The translations under genes and the position numbers were made by a program. Positions 14,385-26,849 of a stretch of DNA of 64,000 bases are shown here, in pieces. The first letter of the stretch is position 1. Every line of letters begins with the position of its first letter. The notes below the pieces were generated by a model, which did not search any database, was not told the origin of the DNA, and saw nothing but the letters and a program-made list of their open reading frames with translations. The stretch covers positions 102,176,001-102,240,000 of the forward strand of contig NC_042998.1 in assembly GCF_006345805.1 (NCBI RefSeq). Reading direction: 5' to 3'. Source of the stretch: Octopus sinensis (lineage: Eukaryota).

Positions 14385-15060
14385 TCAGGGTTTTTAACGA
14401 GCTGTAACATCCAGTCGTTAGATTTTTCAAGACATCTTGCCAGTCCAATTGTCTCAGTTTTGTAAGAGATTACAAAGTGGATCAATCCTCGACCTTCTTG
14501 AGCTCTCAATAGGTAAGGTCGAACTGCGTCTGCCTTTGAATGGTATGTTTTAGTGCAATTCAGCAGCATACGGATTTTCTTGTAAATCTTCCTTATGTTG
14601 ATCATATTCCAGTTGAACACATTGAAACTGTGAACAACAACAGGAATTGCTAAGGAATTTACAGGTAAAACTTTGTTACGTGTATTTAACACTGCGTTTA
14701 GGACTGCTAGAACTCTTCTCTAACATTCCTTCATGATCCTCTCTTTCATGCTTGCATGCTGAATGGCAGAAGTTTGTCCCTGCTCGAGTTCTTTACTACT
14801 GTGTCAACACTCAACACCACTGAATGTGAGGTCTTCAATTTCCATTTCTGGATTGTGGCCTTGGCACATTTATCAATACCATATTTCATCCCGATGTCAT
14901 CACAATGCTTTCGCAGTACGTATTAGTCCTTCAAGCTCTTTGTCAATTTTGCCATAGAGTTTCAAGTCATCCATATAAAGTAGATGACATATTTTCTTGT
15001 CACCAATTTTATATCTGTAACCTGGTCTTTTAAGTTCACTTGTAGGGCTACGCAAAAATT
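14385..15060 (-). mobile_element. Decayed R4/Dong-type LINE RT fragment
   Basis: GYRYKIGDKKICHLLYMDDLKLYGK; NTRNKVLPVNSLAIPVV; YHSKADAVRPYLLRAQEGRGL. Confidence 0.8.
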
Positions 15061-15174
15061 ATCATTATACTTTAGAAGTTATTATTATTATATAGAAGTT
15101 CGTCTTGGGGTTATGCCTAGGGTGTCATATATTTGGTTTTGCACATAATATTGTTCTGCAGAATTTTTAAGAAA

Positions 15175-15345
15175 ACATAAGAAAATTTTGAGATTACATA
15201 GACAGTATATCACGTAGGATATGGGCAGTTTCCACGAGCAGTATCTTTTGAATTTCTGCCATTTTGGGGTTTCCTAGTGTCTGATTTAGTTAGGATTCAT
15301 CCCCTTTTGCTATCATTCTTAGGGCGCCTATAACAACATTTCATT
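15175..15345 (-). mobile_element. R4/Dong-type LINE C-terminal fragment
   Basis: VVIGALRMI...EIQKILLVETAHILRDILSM*. Confidence 0.7.
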
Positions 15346-15450
15346 CTTTCAAGGTCGATAAAATAAGAGCCAGTTGGACTCTGGGGTCGATATAATTGAG
15401 TAATCCTCACCCTCCCAAATTTCAGGACTTGTGCTTTTAGTAGAAAGACT
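15346..15450 (+). mobile_element. SINE 3' portion
   Basis: ggtcgataaaataag..ggggtcgatataattga..aaatttcaggacttgtgc..gtagaaag, homologous to 51712-51905. Confidence 0.65.
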
Positions 15451-15715
15451 TCATCTTCTTCTTCTTCTTCTTCTTCTTCTTCTTCTTCTTCTTCTTCTTC
15501 TTCTTCTTCTTCTCCTCCTCCTCCTCTTCCCCCTCCTCCTCCTCATTCTTCTTCTTCTTCTTCTCTTCCTCCTTTTTCTTCTTCTTCACCCCTCCTCCTC
15601 CTTCTTCACCCCTCCTCCCCCTCTTCCTCCTTCTTCTTCTCGTCATATTCTCCTTCTTCTCCTTCTCCTTCTTTTTTCTTCCTCTTCATCTTCTTCAACT
15701 TCTTCTTCTGCTTGC

Positions 15716-15776
<61 letters not shown>

Positions 15777-15790
15777 GTTGTTGTTGTTGC

Positions 15791-15829
<39 letters not shown>

Positions 15830-15870
15830 CATCATCATCATCGTCGTCGTCGTCGATGTCATTGTTGTTG
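15451..15870. repeat. Compound microsatellite (CTT)n-(CTC)n-(TAT)n-(GTT)n-(CAT)n
   Basis: Direct runs of successive triplet units. Confidence 0.95.
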
Positions 15871-16486
15871 TTGTCTGTTGACTTACCCCTCAAAGTGGAC
15901 TACTTTTACTACAATGCACAGTTTTTGTATTAAACTTACTCACTTGCAGAAAGAATATTGTAAAATTGGAATCAGCCACGCAATCATTTTACACCGGAGA
16001 AAATAAGATTTGATTGTTTCTAAACGCATGGTGTCTTCACACAAAAAATGGCTGCTAAAGTTCCAATGCAAAACGAACAAAGAAACTTGGCCATGGACAA
16101 AATGATGCAATTTACAAGAAAAAAAGTTATAATTTAATTTCACAGCAAAATAATAGTGTGAGACTTGAACAAATAAATTAATCTTTAAAGTACAAAATGT
16201 CAATTTGAATAACTTGAGAGTTAATGTGGCCAAAAGCAATAGCTGAACTGCTGACGCCTACATACATTTTTTGCCAAAACTAAAAATGTTTCCGCTATTG
16301 CTTAAGAGTACATACCTCTTTAGCAAGCACAATAAAAGATTTGAAGTTGTTCAAGAATTTCAATATTAGGCAATTTTGTTTTTTAAAATTCTTTCTATTG
16401 TTACTAGTTAGTTAGTTAGTTAATTTGGCTCAAAAGCAAATAGCAAGGCCATGTAGGGGGACATGGAGTTAAGTACAGGGTGGTGT

Positions 16487-19400
16487 TCATGTAAAGAGTT
16501 CAGGCCACTTGAGGTCAAGGGAGGCTTTGAACAAAGCGGTCGTCGGCATCTTCACCATCTCGTCTGGCAGCTTGTTCCACGGATCCGCAACCCGGACGGA
16601 GAAAGCTCCTCTCCTTCGATTGAGATGAAATCGTCGCAGGTAGAGCTTTTCGGAATGACCCAGCAGCCGACGCTCTGGAGCAGGAGTGAAGAACAGCTCT
16701 TTCGAGAGGTTACACTTTCCGCTTATGATGTTGTGGGCGAGAATGAGATCACCACGGCGGCGGCGTTTTTCAAGAGAATAAAGGTCGAGCGTCCTCAGCC
16801 TTTCTTCATAGGACAAATTTTTGAGACCATGAACCATGCGGGTAGCCAGCTTCTGGACTCTTTCGAGATGCTGTATGTCTTTGAGGAGATAAGGAGAAGA
16901 GGCTTGAATCCCATACTCCAATATGGGTCTCACCAGCGTGACATAGAGTGGTAGGAATATGGCTGCTGTGAGCATTCCGAATGACCGTCGAATCAAGAAC
17001 AGAATTCCGCGTGCTTTGTTGGCAGCATGGACGCACTGGGCCGAAGGCGAAAAGGAGGAATCCACCAAGATACCCAGGTCCTTTACCTGATCGGTCCTCT
17101 CCAGCAGCAGACGACCCGGCTCGAAATCAAGTTGAGTTGCAGGAGTAGAGCCGACAGGCAGATGACAGCACTTTGACACGTTCAGACACAGGTCCCAATT
17201 GTTAGACCACTTCCAAATTTGGTGGAGGCATCGACGAAGATCCTCTATATTACCGCGAGGAGCGACCAGTTTGATATCGTCGGCAAATAGAAGGGTGTGT
17301 TGCGTGAGGTCGTCGGGCAAGTCATTTATGAAGACTAAGAACAACAAGGGCCCAAGCACTGAACCTTGAGGCACGCCACTGCTCGCACTGGAGACGTCGG
17401 ACCGCGAACCATTAACTTGGACTTGGAAGGAGCGATCTGAGAGGAAGGCACCAACCCATCGTACAATATCCGGATGGAAACTATATGCTTGAAGCTTGAC
17501 AAGTAATAGGCGGTGGTTTACCGAGTCAAAAGCTTTGGCAATGTCCAGTAAAACGATGTCAACAGCATCACTATCATCGAGGATGCGCGTCACCAATTCT
17601 TCCATTACTAGTAGGTTGGTCAAGCATGATCTCTTCGGCACGAAGCCGTGTTGGGAATCAGAGATAGAGGCTGTGTTTAGGAGGTGGAGCATCATACTTT
17701 TCTTAAGGATGGTTTCGAACATCTTGCTGATAATTGATGTAAGGGAAACCGGTCGGTTAAGCGGGTCTTCGCGGCTCCCTTTCTTGAAAATTGGGCAGAT
17801 TATCGTTGTTCTCCAGTCTGCAGGTATAACACCCGTCGCCAATGACATATTGAATAGTCGTGTTAATGGCTCGCAGATGACCGGAGCCAACGCTTTGATA
17901 ACCCGTGGGTGTATGTCGTTAGGGCCGTGACCCTTGTTGACATCGAGGCCTTGAATAACACGTTTGACTTCGTCCCGCGTGATGACCAATCGAAGCATTG
18001 GAGGTACCGATCTATCAAATTGAGGGGGTTCACGACCATCATCTTGTTTGAAAATAGTTGAAAAAGCCTCGGCAAATAATTGACTCTGTTGATAAGGGTC
18101 CTCAATCGATACGCCTGTTGAGTCTACCAACGTTGCAATCTGGTTGTTCAAGCGGGAATTCCGCTGGACATGGGCAAATAAGGTTTTTGGATTGCTACTG
18201 GCATTTGCCGCGATTTTGTATTCATAACTGAAGCGTTCTTTCTTTTCAATTTTCACGGCTCGGTCTCGTTGAGTTTTGTACACCTCAAAAGCTGCAGTCG
18301 AATCCAGATTTTTGAATTCAGCCCAAGCAATATCTCTGAGTCGACGTTCTCGTTTAACCCTCTTCGTCACCCAGGGCTTGTGTTTCTTCCTCTTGGGAAG
18401 CCCAACGGGAACTGCCTGGTCAGTCAAACAGATTACATATGCTTTGAGGGATGACCATAGTTCGTCAACTGAGGACAACGTCATCAGGGATCGCCAGTCC
18501 AGAAGCGCGGAAGCCTCGGTTAGAATTTCAAGATTAATTGCAGAGAAGACTCTACGTGGCAGCGAAGTAGTCGTGGGCGTAGAAAAAGTTGTGTGCATGA
18601 CGAACTTCAGGACCGCATGATCACTCTTGGCAAGAGGGGCGCACACAGATACGTCTGACACTGATCTTGGATAGCGGGAGAATACCAGATCTAGCATAGA
18701 TGGCTGCTGCCCAGACCGATGCCTTGTCGGATATTCAACATGTTGCGATAGAAAACAATCTTCAGCCACGTCAAGAAGGGCCTGGCCGAACCGGGAAGAT
18801 GTTGTACAAATTGATGCGGGCCAATCGATCGTGGAAGCGTTGAAGTCTCCTAGTACCAAACAATCATGCGAAGCTGAAACGAATCTTATCGCTTCGAGTA
18901 AATGAGCATCGTCCTGGGGGTCGGCAAGAGGCGGCCTGTAGACAGCCAACACGGGCAGGCAAAACTCAGATAGGCTCAGCTTGCAATAGACGGCATCGAA
19001 TTTTGTTGTAGGCTGAGCATTAGTGGGTAGAATACCGCTGGACGGTTTGTGCTCAGACTTAACATACACAGCAACACCTCCACCTCGCCTTTTTCCTCTG
19101 TCACATCTGAAAAGGACGTAGCCCTGCAGGTGGATTTCTGAGTCCTTTACTGCTGGAGTCAGCCAAGTCTCGGTGATAGCTATCACATCAGGGGAGTCAC
19201 GTATGGCCAGTGTAAATAGTTCACTGAAATTTGGGAATAAGGAGCACGAGTTGGTGTAGACGATGCTGAGCTGTGAAGTCTGAGGGGCGGGAGTTGGGGA
19301 ACAAGCAGAATAAGGGGTATCAGAGATAGCATCGTTGACGGGGGTATCAACTTCACTTCGATTTGCCCTCACATCACTTTCCCTGTCAGCACTACAGCAT

Positions 19401-19600
19401 GGGACCAGAGGTAGGACTTGATTATCTGTCCATCTTGGATTCGTAAACCCTTCTCTCCCATTTGTTTCCTCATCTTTAGTTCGGATATCAGGTTTCTCCG
19501 GCGAATTATCTCTCTTAGTGAGTATTCCTCGCGAAAACCCATATTGGGGTCCTCCCAGGCATGCGTCTGAGCTCTGTTCAGAAAGACTGAAGCCTCCCAA
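16487..19600 (-). CDS. CR1 ORF2: apurinic-like endonuclease + reverse transcriptase (1037 codons open)
   Basis: EN motifs YTN.SL, AITETWL, GDFN, LDLVF, SDH; RT motifs QHGF, AKAFDSV, GVPQGSVLGPLLF, FADD; CR1-type C-terminus FSVRVADPWNKLP. The annotated start is TTG, not ATG. Confidence 0.95.
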   Translation of the reverse strand: MGGFSLSEQSSDACLGGPQYGFSRGILTKRDNSPEKPDIRTKDEETNGREGFTNPRWTDNQVLPLVPCCSADRESDVRANRSEVDTPVNDAISDTPYSACSPTPAPQTSQLSIVYTNSCSLFPNFSELFTLAIRDSPDVIAITETWLTPAVKDSEIHLQGYVLFRCDRGKRRGGGVAVYVKSEHKPSSGILPTNAQPTTKFDAVYCKLSLSEFCLPVLAVYRPPLADPQDDAHLLEAIRFVSASHDCLVLGDFNASTIDWPASICTTSSRFGQALLDVAEDCFLSQHVEYPTRHRSGQQPSMLDLVFSRYPRSVSDVSVCAPLAKSDHAVLKFVMHTTFSTPTTTSLPRRVFSAINLEILTEASALLDWRSLMTLSSVDELWSSLKAYVICLTDQAVPVGLPKRKKHKPWVTKRVKRERRLRDIAWAEFKNLDSTAAFEVYKTQRDRAVKIEKKERFSYEYKIAANASSNPKTLFAHVQRNSRLNNQIATLVDSTGVSIEDPYQQSQLFAEAFSTIFKQDDGREPPQFDRSVPPMLRLVITRDEVKRVIQGLDVNKGHGPNDIHPRVIKALAPVICEPLTRLFNMSLATGVIPADWRTTIICPIFKKGSREDPLNRPVSLTSIISKMFETILKKSMMLHLLNTASISDSQHGFVPKRSCLTNLLVMEELVTRILDDSDAVDIVLLDIAKAFDSVNHRLLLVKLQAYSFHPDIVRWVGAFLSDRSFQVQVNGSRSDVSSASSGVPQGSVLGPLLFLVFINDLPDDLTQHTLLFADDIKLVAPRGNIEDLRRCLHQIWKWSNNWDLCLNVSKCCHLPVGSTPATQLDFEPGRLLLERTDQVKDLGILVDSSFSPSAQCVHAANKARGILFLIRRSFGMLTAAIFLPLYVTLVRPILEYGIQASSPYLLKDIQHLERVQKLATRMVHGLKNLSYEERLRTLDLYSLEKRRRRGDLILAHNIISGKCNLSKELFFTPAPERRLLGHSEKLYLRRFHLNRRRGAFSVRVADPWNKLPDEMVKMPTTALFKASLDLKWPELFT

Positions 19601-20537
19601 TCAGAAGGAAAGATTACCCTTATTGGGCGTGGTCTAGTATCTGCGGTTGGGTTCGCTTGGAATCTTCCTAGCCGAGCGACCTTAAGGACACTGACCTTTT
19701 CGTTCACGGAGAACAATTCTCCAACCAAAATGGAAACAAAATTAATATCATCTTTTAGGCGGTTTATGCCTGTATCACGGGTGGATTCAGCTTTACCGTA
19801 AATTATTGCTGATCTTGAGTGGGCAAAATGTTCTCTACTATGAGCTGTGGTATTCGATTCTTCATTGGAGGATTTCGAAAGGGTGGTTTCATAGCGATCG
19901 GACTTATGTCGGCCTGTGGGGTCGATCGGAATGGGTTTAGTGGTCATAATTTTCCCGCCTGGTTTGGAACTGCACTGCCTCTTCTTCGGTTTGGGGGAGC
20001 GCCACTCCCCAGATGAACTCACATCGAGATCGTTCAGAATTGGTTGAGCAATGGCATTAATGGGAAGGACAGGTGAGGGAGAATCCAAACGATTTTATCG
20101 TGATCAGGTTTCATAGCCAAATCTGCCCCTCTGGAGTTTTGACTACGTTTCTTCTTTTGGGGAGAACAACGGTCTTCAGGTGGGTTTGAGTCTACGCTCC
20201 TCAAATTAGGTTGGGGAACCTCCGGGACCGAAAAGGCAGATGAGGAAGAATCCGCACAGGAACGATCATGTGCAGAAACGACCGCCGGTTCCTTCGCCTT
20301 CTTTGGCCGCTTCGATTTTGTTCCCTTCGGTTTGGACGTCTCCAGGGAAGAAATCAAGGGTGACTCTGCGTCAACAGGAGACTGTTTATTCAGTAAGAGA
20401 GCAACAACAGACTTTAGGTGCTCGACCTCTTGTTTGAGCAACAGCAACTGCTCGTTGAGCTGACTATTGGTAGGACTATCATCTTGATGAGAAGCCCTTC
20501 TTGCAGATCTCAGTTTCGATCCGTAGGTAGCTGACAT
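19369..20537 (-). pseudogene. CR1 ORF1, split by a one-base frameshift near 20090
   Basis: ATG at 20537 (MSATYGSK..) with coiled-coil-like LNEQLLLLKQEVEHLK; a second frame carries AIIYGKAE..LKVARLG..RPRPIRVIF, typical of CR1 ORF1 C-terminal domains. Confidence 0.8.
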
Positions 20538-22429
20538 GATGGATGGTTGACTAAAAACAATCTTCTATGGGCTCTAGGACAAATCGGAGTTAAATCAGGA
20601 ACAAAAAACAGGTGCAATCCTTGTAGGAGTAGGCAACAGCAGACAAAATCTGAGAGAGTTTGGGCTGAGCCGAATCTCAATCCAAGATTGAAAGCAGACG
20701 GTGCAACGAGTCGAGAACCCTTCCTAATTGTCTGAAGCAGCTTTAGGATAAGGGATAGTATGTCCAACTTTAGAATATTGATATGCATGCAAAATGTTCC
20801 ACACGATTAAATATCATTTGACGTGCCATTTAGTACTTCAATAATTGCATCTGCGCATGTTTGTATATGTGTGAATAATGTGTTTATGTGCGAGAAGGCA
20901 CATGTTTTTGACTATCGTTAATTTAGATTATTAATTTCTTCTTTTTTTTTTTCTCACGTTATTCCCTTTTAAAGTATTTCTTTTTTGGATCAATGCCGGT
21001 GAAACACCTGGGGAAAATCTGCCCCTCTTCACCCACCGACCAACTGTATACGGTAGTGAGCAAAAAATACAAAAATTATTGATCAATTTACCTAAGAAAT
21101 AGGGGCATTTTAAATGTGCTTAAACAAAAAAAGAAAACAAAGAGGAGCCGTATCATAAATGTGAGGAGAAATATTCTCTTTTGACCAGTACAAAATGCAC
21201 AGAACAGCCTGCTTCGATTTCAGACCAGAAACAAGGCGTCAAATCAGGCGAAGATCCTGAGCTACAATACCCCAGGATATCGTGAAGAAAACTACAAAGA
21301 TGACCATCACGGTGATCGAAAACAATGCTGATTAGTAACTTGCTGTCCACTTGGTTTTACGCTACGGATTTCATGTCAGTCTAACACAGTCGCAGGTGAT
21401 ATGTGATCACGAGATAACATGAAATTTTGAAATTCAAAATAACAGTTGTGTAATTGAATAGATCAACTGCAGTTGCAGAAACAATCGCAATGGAAGAAAT
21501 GCAATGGACCTTGTGGTACAAAGAATAAAATTTAGCTGCTAACTTGTAGAAGAAAGGACCACGTGAAGTAGTTTTGCACTAAAACACGGAGGAAATAGAA
21601 ATACAAGAAATGAAGCAATAAAAATTTAAGTTGTACACAGCGTGCAGTTTTCCACAGGTCAGAATTACAGGGATGTCGAAGACACAAATACTCTATCTTT
21701 GGCTATATTTGCAAAGGATATTTAGTTGCGGGTAGAAGAGGTTCGTTTTCAAGAGGAGTAAGAAGAGCCAGTATCACCGGCTGCAGCTCTGCCTAACGAG
21801 AGAATCTATCTTGTCCTCAGCCGAGAAACGGAAGAGCCCTCACATATATATTCAATAGTAGCACCCCTATCATCTCACAATTGAAGACAGACGGCAGATA
21901 AAAACTTACAGGCAATATAGTTAAGAAACCAACGCTGAACTTGCGCTAAATGCGTGTGAAGCACGATTAGAGGCTTTCATTTACAACACCATAAAATTAT
22001 AAAATTCCAAAGAACAAGTATTATGTAAACAAATTAATCTATATGTGATACGTAGGATATGACATTATTGTATCTCTCACAAAACTGAGCTGAGAATATT
22101 GTTATGACTGAAAATGGGAGTATCCAGGTGTAGGTTGTATTCGGTCTAAATACTTACAAAATGCTGGTAGGATTGTCAATGCTATTGGGCGAAATGGTGA
22201 ATGGTATTTTCCCCCAGCTTTTTACGTTCTTGGCACAAATCTTTCAGAGGTCAACTTTCTTGTTCTCTTCGGGATCGATAAAATAAAGTACTAGTCAAGC
22301 ACCCGGTTTGAAGTAATTGAAATGCTACGCCAACGCAAATTGCTGGTCTTCTCCCAAAATGCGAAAGAATTATAGTATTTTAACCATCATCATCATCATT
22401 ATTTCGGATGCACATATGCATGCACACAC

Positions 22430-22462
<33 letters not shown>

Positions 22463-23329
22463 CATACATACATACATACATACATACATACATACATAAT
22501 GCATTCTTAGCACTATTTCTGAAACATGTAATGTTAAAAGATTGAGGAAGTTTTGCGTACGAGATCATAATAAATATTTGGCATTTATGAGAATGATGGA
22601 TTCGTAAAGTTGCCATATTAACATATACTGTGATGTGAGAATTTTAAAATTAGGAGAGCTCATACCGTCACCGATCTGATCACAGTTGATTTCTGACAAA
22701 GAGAAACAGAGAAGAAACAGAACCACCACTACAATAACACAGAGAAGGAAGAAGGTACCTCAATATGAAACTTGTAGATTACAAATGAATACGAATGGAT
22801 GAAAATGAAAGTGTGCACTGTCCGGATTTGAGCTCAACGACTCGGAACAAACGCCGTGAGGCATTGTGTCGAAATTTATAAGGAACTTGCTAAAAAGCTG
22901 CTTTAGAAAAATGGGAAAGACTGAGAATTTGTCAGTGTATAACAAATAATTTCTCATCGGAAATGGAATGTGAATATTTGCGATGTTATTCCCCCCACCA
23001 CACACACAAACTGTGTAACCAACACGAACTAGATTCCACAATATAAACAGATACGAATGTGTAACAAGACCAAACTAACAAAACTAAAAGCCAATCTCTC
23101 TCTCAAAAGATGAGGTGACGAAACAAAAAACGAAAAGGGAGGACATTGAACTAGATTTTAAAATATCTTATGAAAAAGAAATTTCGTAAAATAAACAGGT
23201 TGGAGAATATAAAGTATAATGTTGAATTCTTTTTCGTTTTTTGCAAAGCAAAAATCGTCTACACATAATCAGAGTGGCTCTCTAATGGACTTGAATGGAT
23301 TATATACTAACGATTCATCACAAATATGC

Positions 23330-24515
23330 GCACAACATCTTAGATGAGACAACACGATTTTCGGAGTGGGGGAAGTTGTCTGACACAGCTATTACAGCAC
23401 CATAACATTATCCTCAAAATTTTCTTGTGAGCAATGGACACTAAAAACATATAGCATGATTTTGCTAAAGCGTTTGAAAAAATTCTTTAAAATATCATGT
23501 ATAATAGGATAAGAGACAACTCGGAGAATGACACTTTTACAGGGTTGGAACAAATCTGTTGGTGCAAGCGGTTTCTTCTTTGCAAGTGGTGTGTCTCAGG
23601 GCACGGTTCAAAGACCATTATCATTTACCATCGCCCTATCAGCCAACTACTGAGCCATGCCAATGACAATAGAGTATCAATGACTATTCAAATTCCAGAA
23701 GATGCCGTCACACTCTAAAATGAGTTAAACTTCTGGCAGATAAAAACAATATGAAATTCAATGCACACAAATCACATTATTTGTCACATTTGACACCTGA
23801 TAACAGAATGATTCAGAGTGCTAATGACATATAGGACTTAGGAGTAATCATGCGAAATGATGCGTCTTTTGTGAGTCACATCAGCAAACTGACCTCTAAA
23901 TTCCGACATGCCATATAGTGGAGCCTACGAATCTTCCTGACAAAAGAACCTGTAGTTAATCTGATCCTATGATAACCATTAGTTCTGACTAGATCTGATT
24001 ACTGCTTACAGCTTTAGTCTCATAGAAAAAATCGAAGGCTTACAAAGAACGTTCACCAGTAAAATAATTGATTAAAAGCCATAATTCCTGAAAACGTTTG
24101 AAAGCTCTGCGTCTCTACACACTTGACCACTGAAGAAACTTCTGGAGGGTCAAACCTTCGGCATTAGAAAGGATTTTAATGCTCAAACTGGTGGATACTA
24201 TTGGCTTTCAAATATACAACCGTCGAAATCAGGAGAAAAGGTAATCTATTGTTCTAGTATATCTAGTTCAACTGCCTGCCTAAAGAAATCAAAAATATAA
24301 AAAGTTTACTGGAAGATTTTCAAATACATAAAATAAATTAACAACGACCAGGCGAGCCAACCATTCAAGTATACACTCAATGAAGACCGGATACTTCAAA
24401 CTCATTCATAGACCAACTTCCAGCCATGAAGCCACAACAAAACAAAAAGAGATAATCTAAGGCGGCGCTCCAGTATGGCCGTATTCCTATGACTGAAACC
24501 ATTAAAAAAATAAAA
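23330..24515 (+). mobile_element. Decayed CR1-like LINE 3' part
   Basis: Broken RT motifs QHDFRSGGSCLTQLL, DFAKAF, GVSQGTV, DLGVIM, QRTFT; 3' end ggcggcgctccagtatggcc...tgactgaaacc followed by an A-rich tail. Confidence 0.8.
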
Positions 24516-25607
24516 CAATAAGTATATGAGTATTTTTTGTGTATCACCTAATTGTTCGTATGTAGCGGTTACCGAAATATCAAAGAGGTGGTGATGAATG
24601 ATTCGTTTTAGACAGATTCTTTGATATACTTTATGATCAAATGCAATAATTTCGCAACGATTAATTCCTTCATCTATATCTTTGCCGCTAACAAAAGTAC
24701 TCTCTCAGAAACTGGCTGTTGAAAATATTGCGCAATAGTAACATCTTCTAGTGAAGCAGACATAGGTTGTAAGAAAATTTACAAATATTTCATTAAATAC
24801 ATATAATTAGAGCTAATTTTCTCTTTTACAATTTATTTATTTTTTTTTATATTTTATTAGTCTTTCCTCTATTGTTTTCATTTTTCGATAATTGTTTTCT
24901 ATTGCTGTTGAGTTATAAAAGCTGGAACTAATTATGGAAGTGCTTCAGTATCTGAAAGATAATTATTTGCTTCCCAATAATCCTGCCGTTATTGAAATAT
25001 TGGAACTGGAATATCGACTGCTTACGTAGGCTGGAGGACAGGACATTCTTTCCCAATTAAATACCCTAGATCAGAAATACATTCAATTACGTTCTTATTT
25101 ATATTCATGTACTGTTATTTGATAAAATTATTCTTTGTTTTTGTGCAAGAATATAATTCGCTGGAATAAATCTGCATTGAGGTATACTTATATACTTAAA
25201 CATTTAAACTACTGGCTGTTACCAGCTGCCAAATTTTATGGCCTACTTCGAATACAAAACTTCGCTCATCAAAAACAGCTAGGCGTCTGAGTAAAAAACA
25301 TGTTCCTATGGATGTTCTTTCACATTATCAACACAGGATTTGAAGAACTAAAGTGGTTCGATCATAACTGTGATTTGACAAAATGACGTCTTACATTACA
25401 GGAGGAATTTTACCCAACCCTACAATTTGGTGGCTTTAAAACTGTCTTGCAACTACAAGAACATCACCTAAATCTCCTTAAAAGTCAGCTTTTTCACTCG
25501 ACTTGGCCATGACGTTCAGTGCTCATTTACCTCGTGCATTTCAAATATCTGTCTCGTTATCTTGAGCTATACACCCAATAGGTAATACCCCTCTCTCTGC
25601 CTCCCTC

Positions 25608-25647
<40 letters not shown>

Positions 25648-25746
25648 CCTCTTCACAAACCGCTATTTTCGTTGGGCAAATAAATTTTACTATTCGTTAC
25701 TGTTACTGTATATCTCTCTCTGAGAAATTTTAAATATGTTTTATAA

Positions 25747-25830
<84 letters not shown>

Positions 25831-26402
25831 CCTAAAAATATCGTGTACATTAAAACACATTTATATGAATAATATATAGTCTATTGACTAATTTTTTTGT
25901 GCTAGGCCACTGGTAATATGAACTTCTATAATTCTTATTACCCTAATATATGTATATATATATATATATGTTTGTGTTGTGTGTGTAGGAAAACATGAAT
26001 AGAAATGGTTTTTCAGATAATTTTTCCATTTTATTAATCAATCAAAGATTATCAGAAAAGCCATTTCTATTCATTTTTTTTTCAAATATATAATACTGTT
26101 ACAAGGACTTTCTGTTTCTTATTGTACTATATGTATATGTTTTGTTCTGTATGTTCAAACGTTTCCCCACACAGTATGATGCGAAATGTTCTGCACAAGC
26201 TTTTCTATGTTCAACAGTTAATAATAATATATTTCCTTATACACAATGAAATTGCTATGATGTTGTCGATATCTACTAACATACTTAGAAATACAACCCA
26301 AACTATTAGAAAAGCTTCAGTGTCCATTTGTGAAAAATATTTTTCGCTTGGTGTGAAAAAACTTTTTGCTATATATTCTTATATTCTTTTTTTCAAGCTG
26401 AC

Positions 26403-26487
26403 GAGCTGGCAGAAAAGTTAGCACGCCGGGCGAAATTCTTAGCTGTATTTCGTCTGTCTTTATGTTCTGAGTTCAAATTCCGCCGAT
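26403..26487 (+). mobile_element. SINE 5' fragment
   Basis: gagctggcagaaaagttagcacgccgggcgaaa..gttctgagttcaaattccgccg; same family as 51712-51905. Confidence 0.7.
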
Positions 26488-26849
26488 GAACAAATGAACA
26501 CTGGGAAACATTTCATAAGAAACTTTTAGCTGTCTAGCCTTTTATAATTACTCCTACCTAGTTTGATGATATTAGGTTCAGAAATGCTCCCAGAAATTTT
26601 CTGTCACGTCAAGTTTTTTGTTAAACAGGAATTCGTTTATTTTTAACCAAAATATGTCAATTTTTGTCATTAAGAACAAGACTGAAATAAGAAACTAGCA
26701 CAAACCAAATAGTACATTTTATTGTTTAACAGATATATTTCATAAAATGTTTAATTATACATCTTGGAATAGATGTTTCTGTCAAACTGGAGTTTGAACT
26801 ACCCAAGGAATGGACTTTCTCTTTGTTGCTTTATGTGAATAAATTGCAT

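Larger units (their letters stand above)
16403..20790 (-). mobile_element. Near full-length CR1-type LINE
   Basis: 5' UTR, ORF1, ORF2 (APE+RT), short 3' UTR with ccatgt-ccccct-acatgg stem-loop and (TAAC)n tail at ~16405-16423. Much higher GC than flanks. The 5' boundary is approximate. Confidence 0.92.

Noticed and set aside
16463-18620. Plus-strand ORFs of 60-163 aa inside the CR1
   Set aside because: Antisense shadows of GC-rich ORF2 with no recognisable motifs.
20085-20097. Programmed frameshift within CR1 ORF1
   Set aside because: No slippery heptamer at the switch point; a one-base deletion is more likely.
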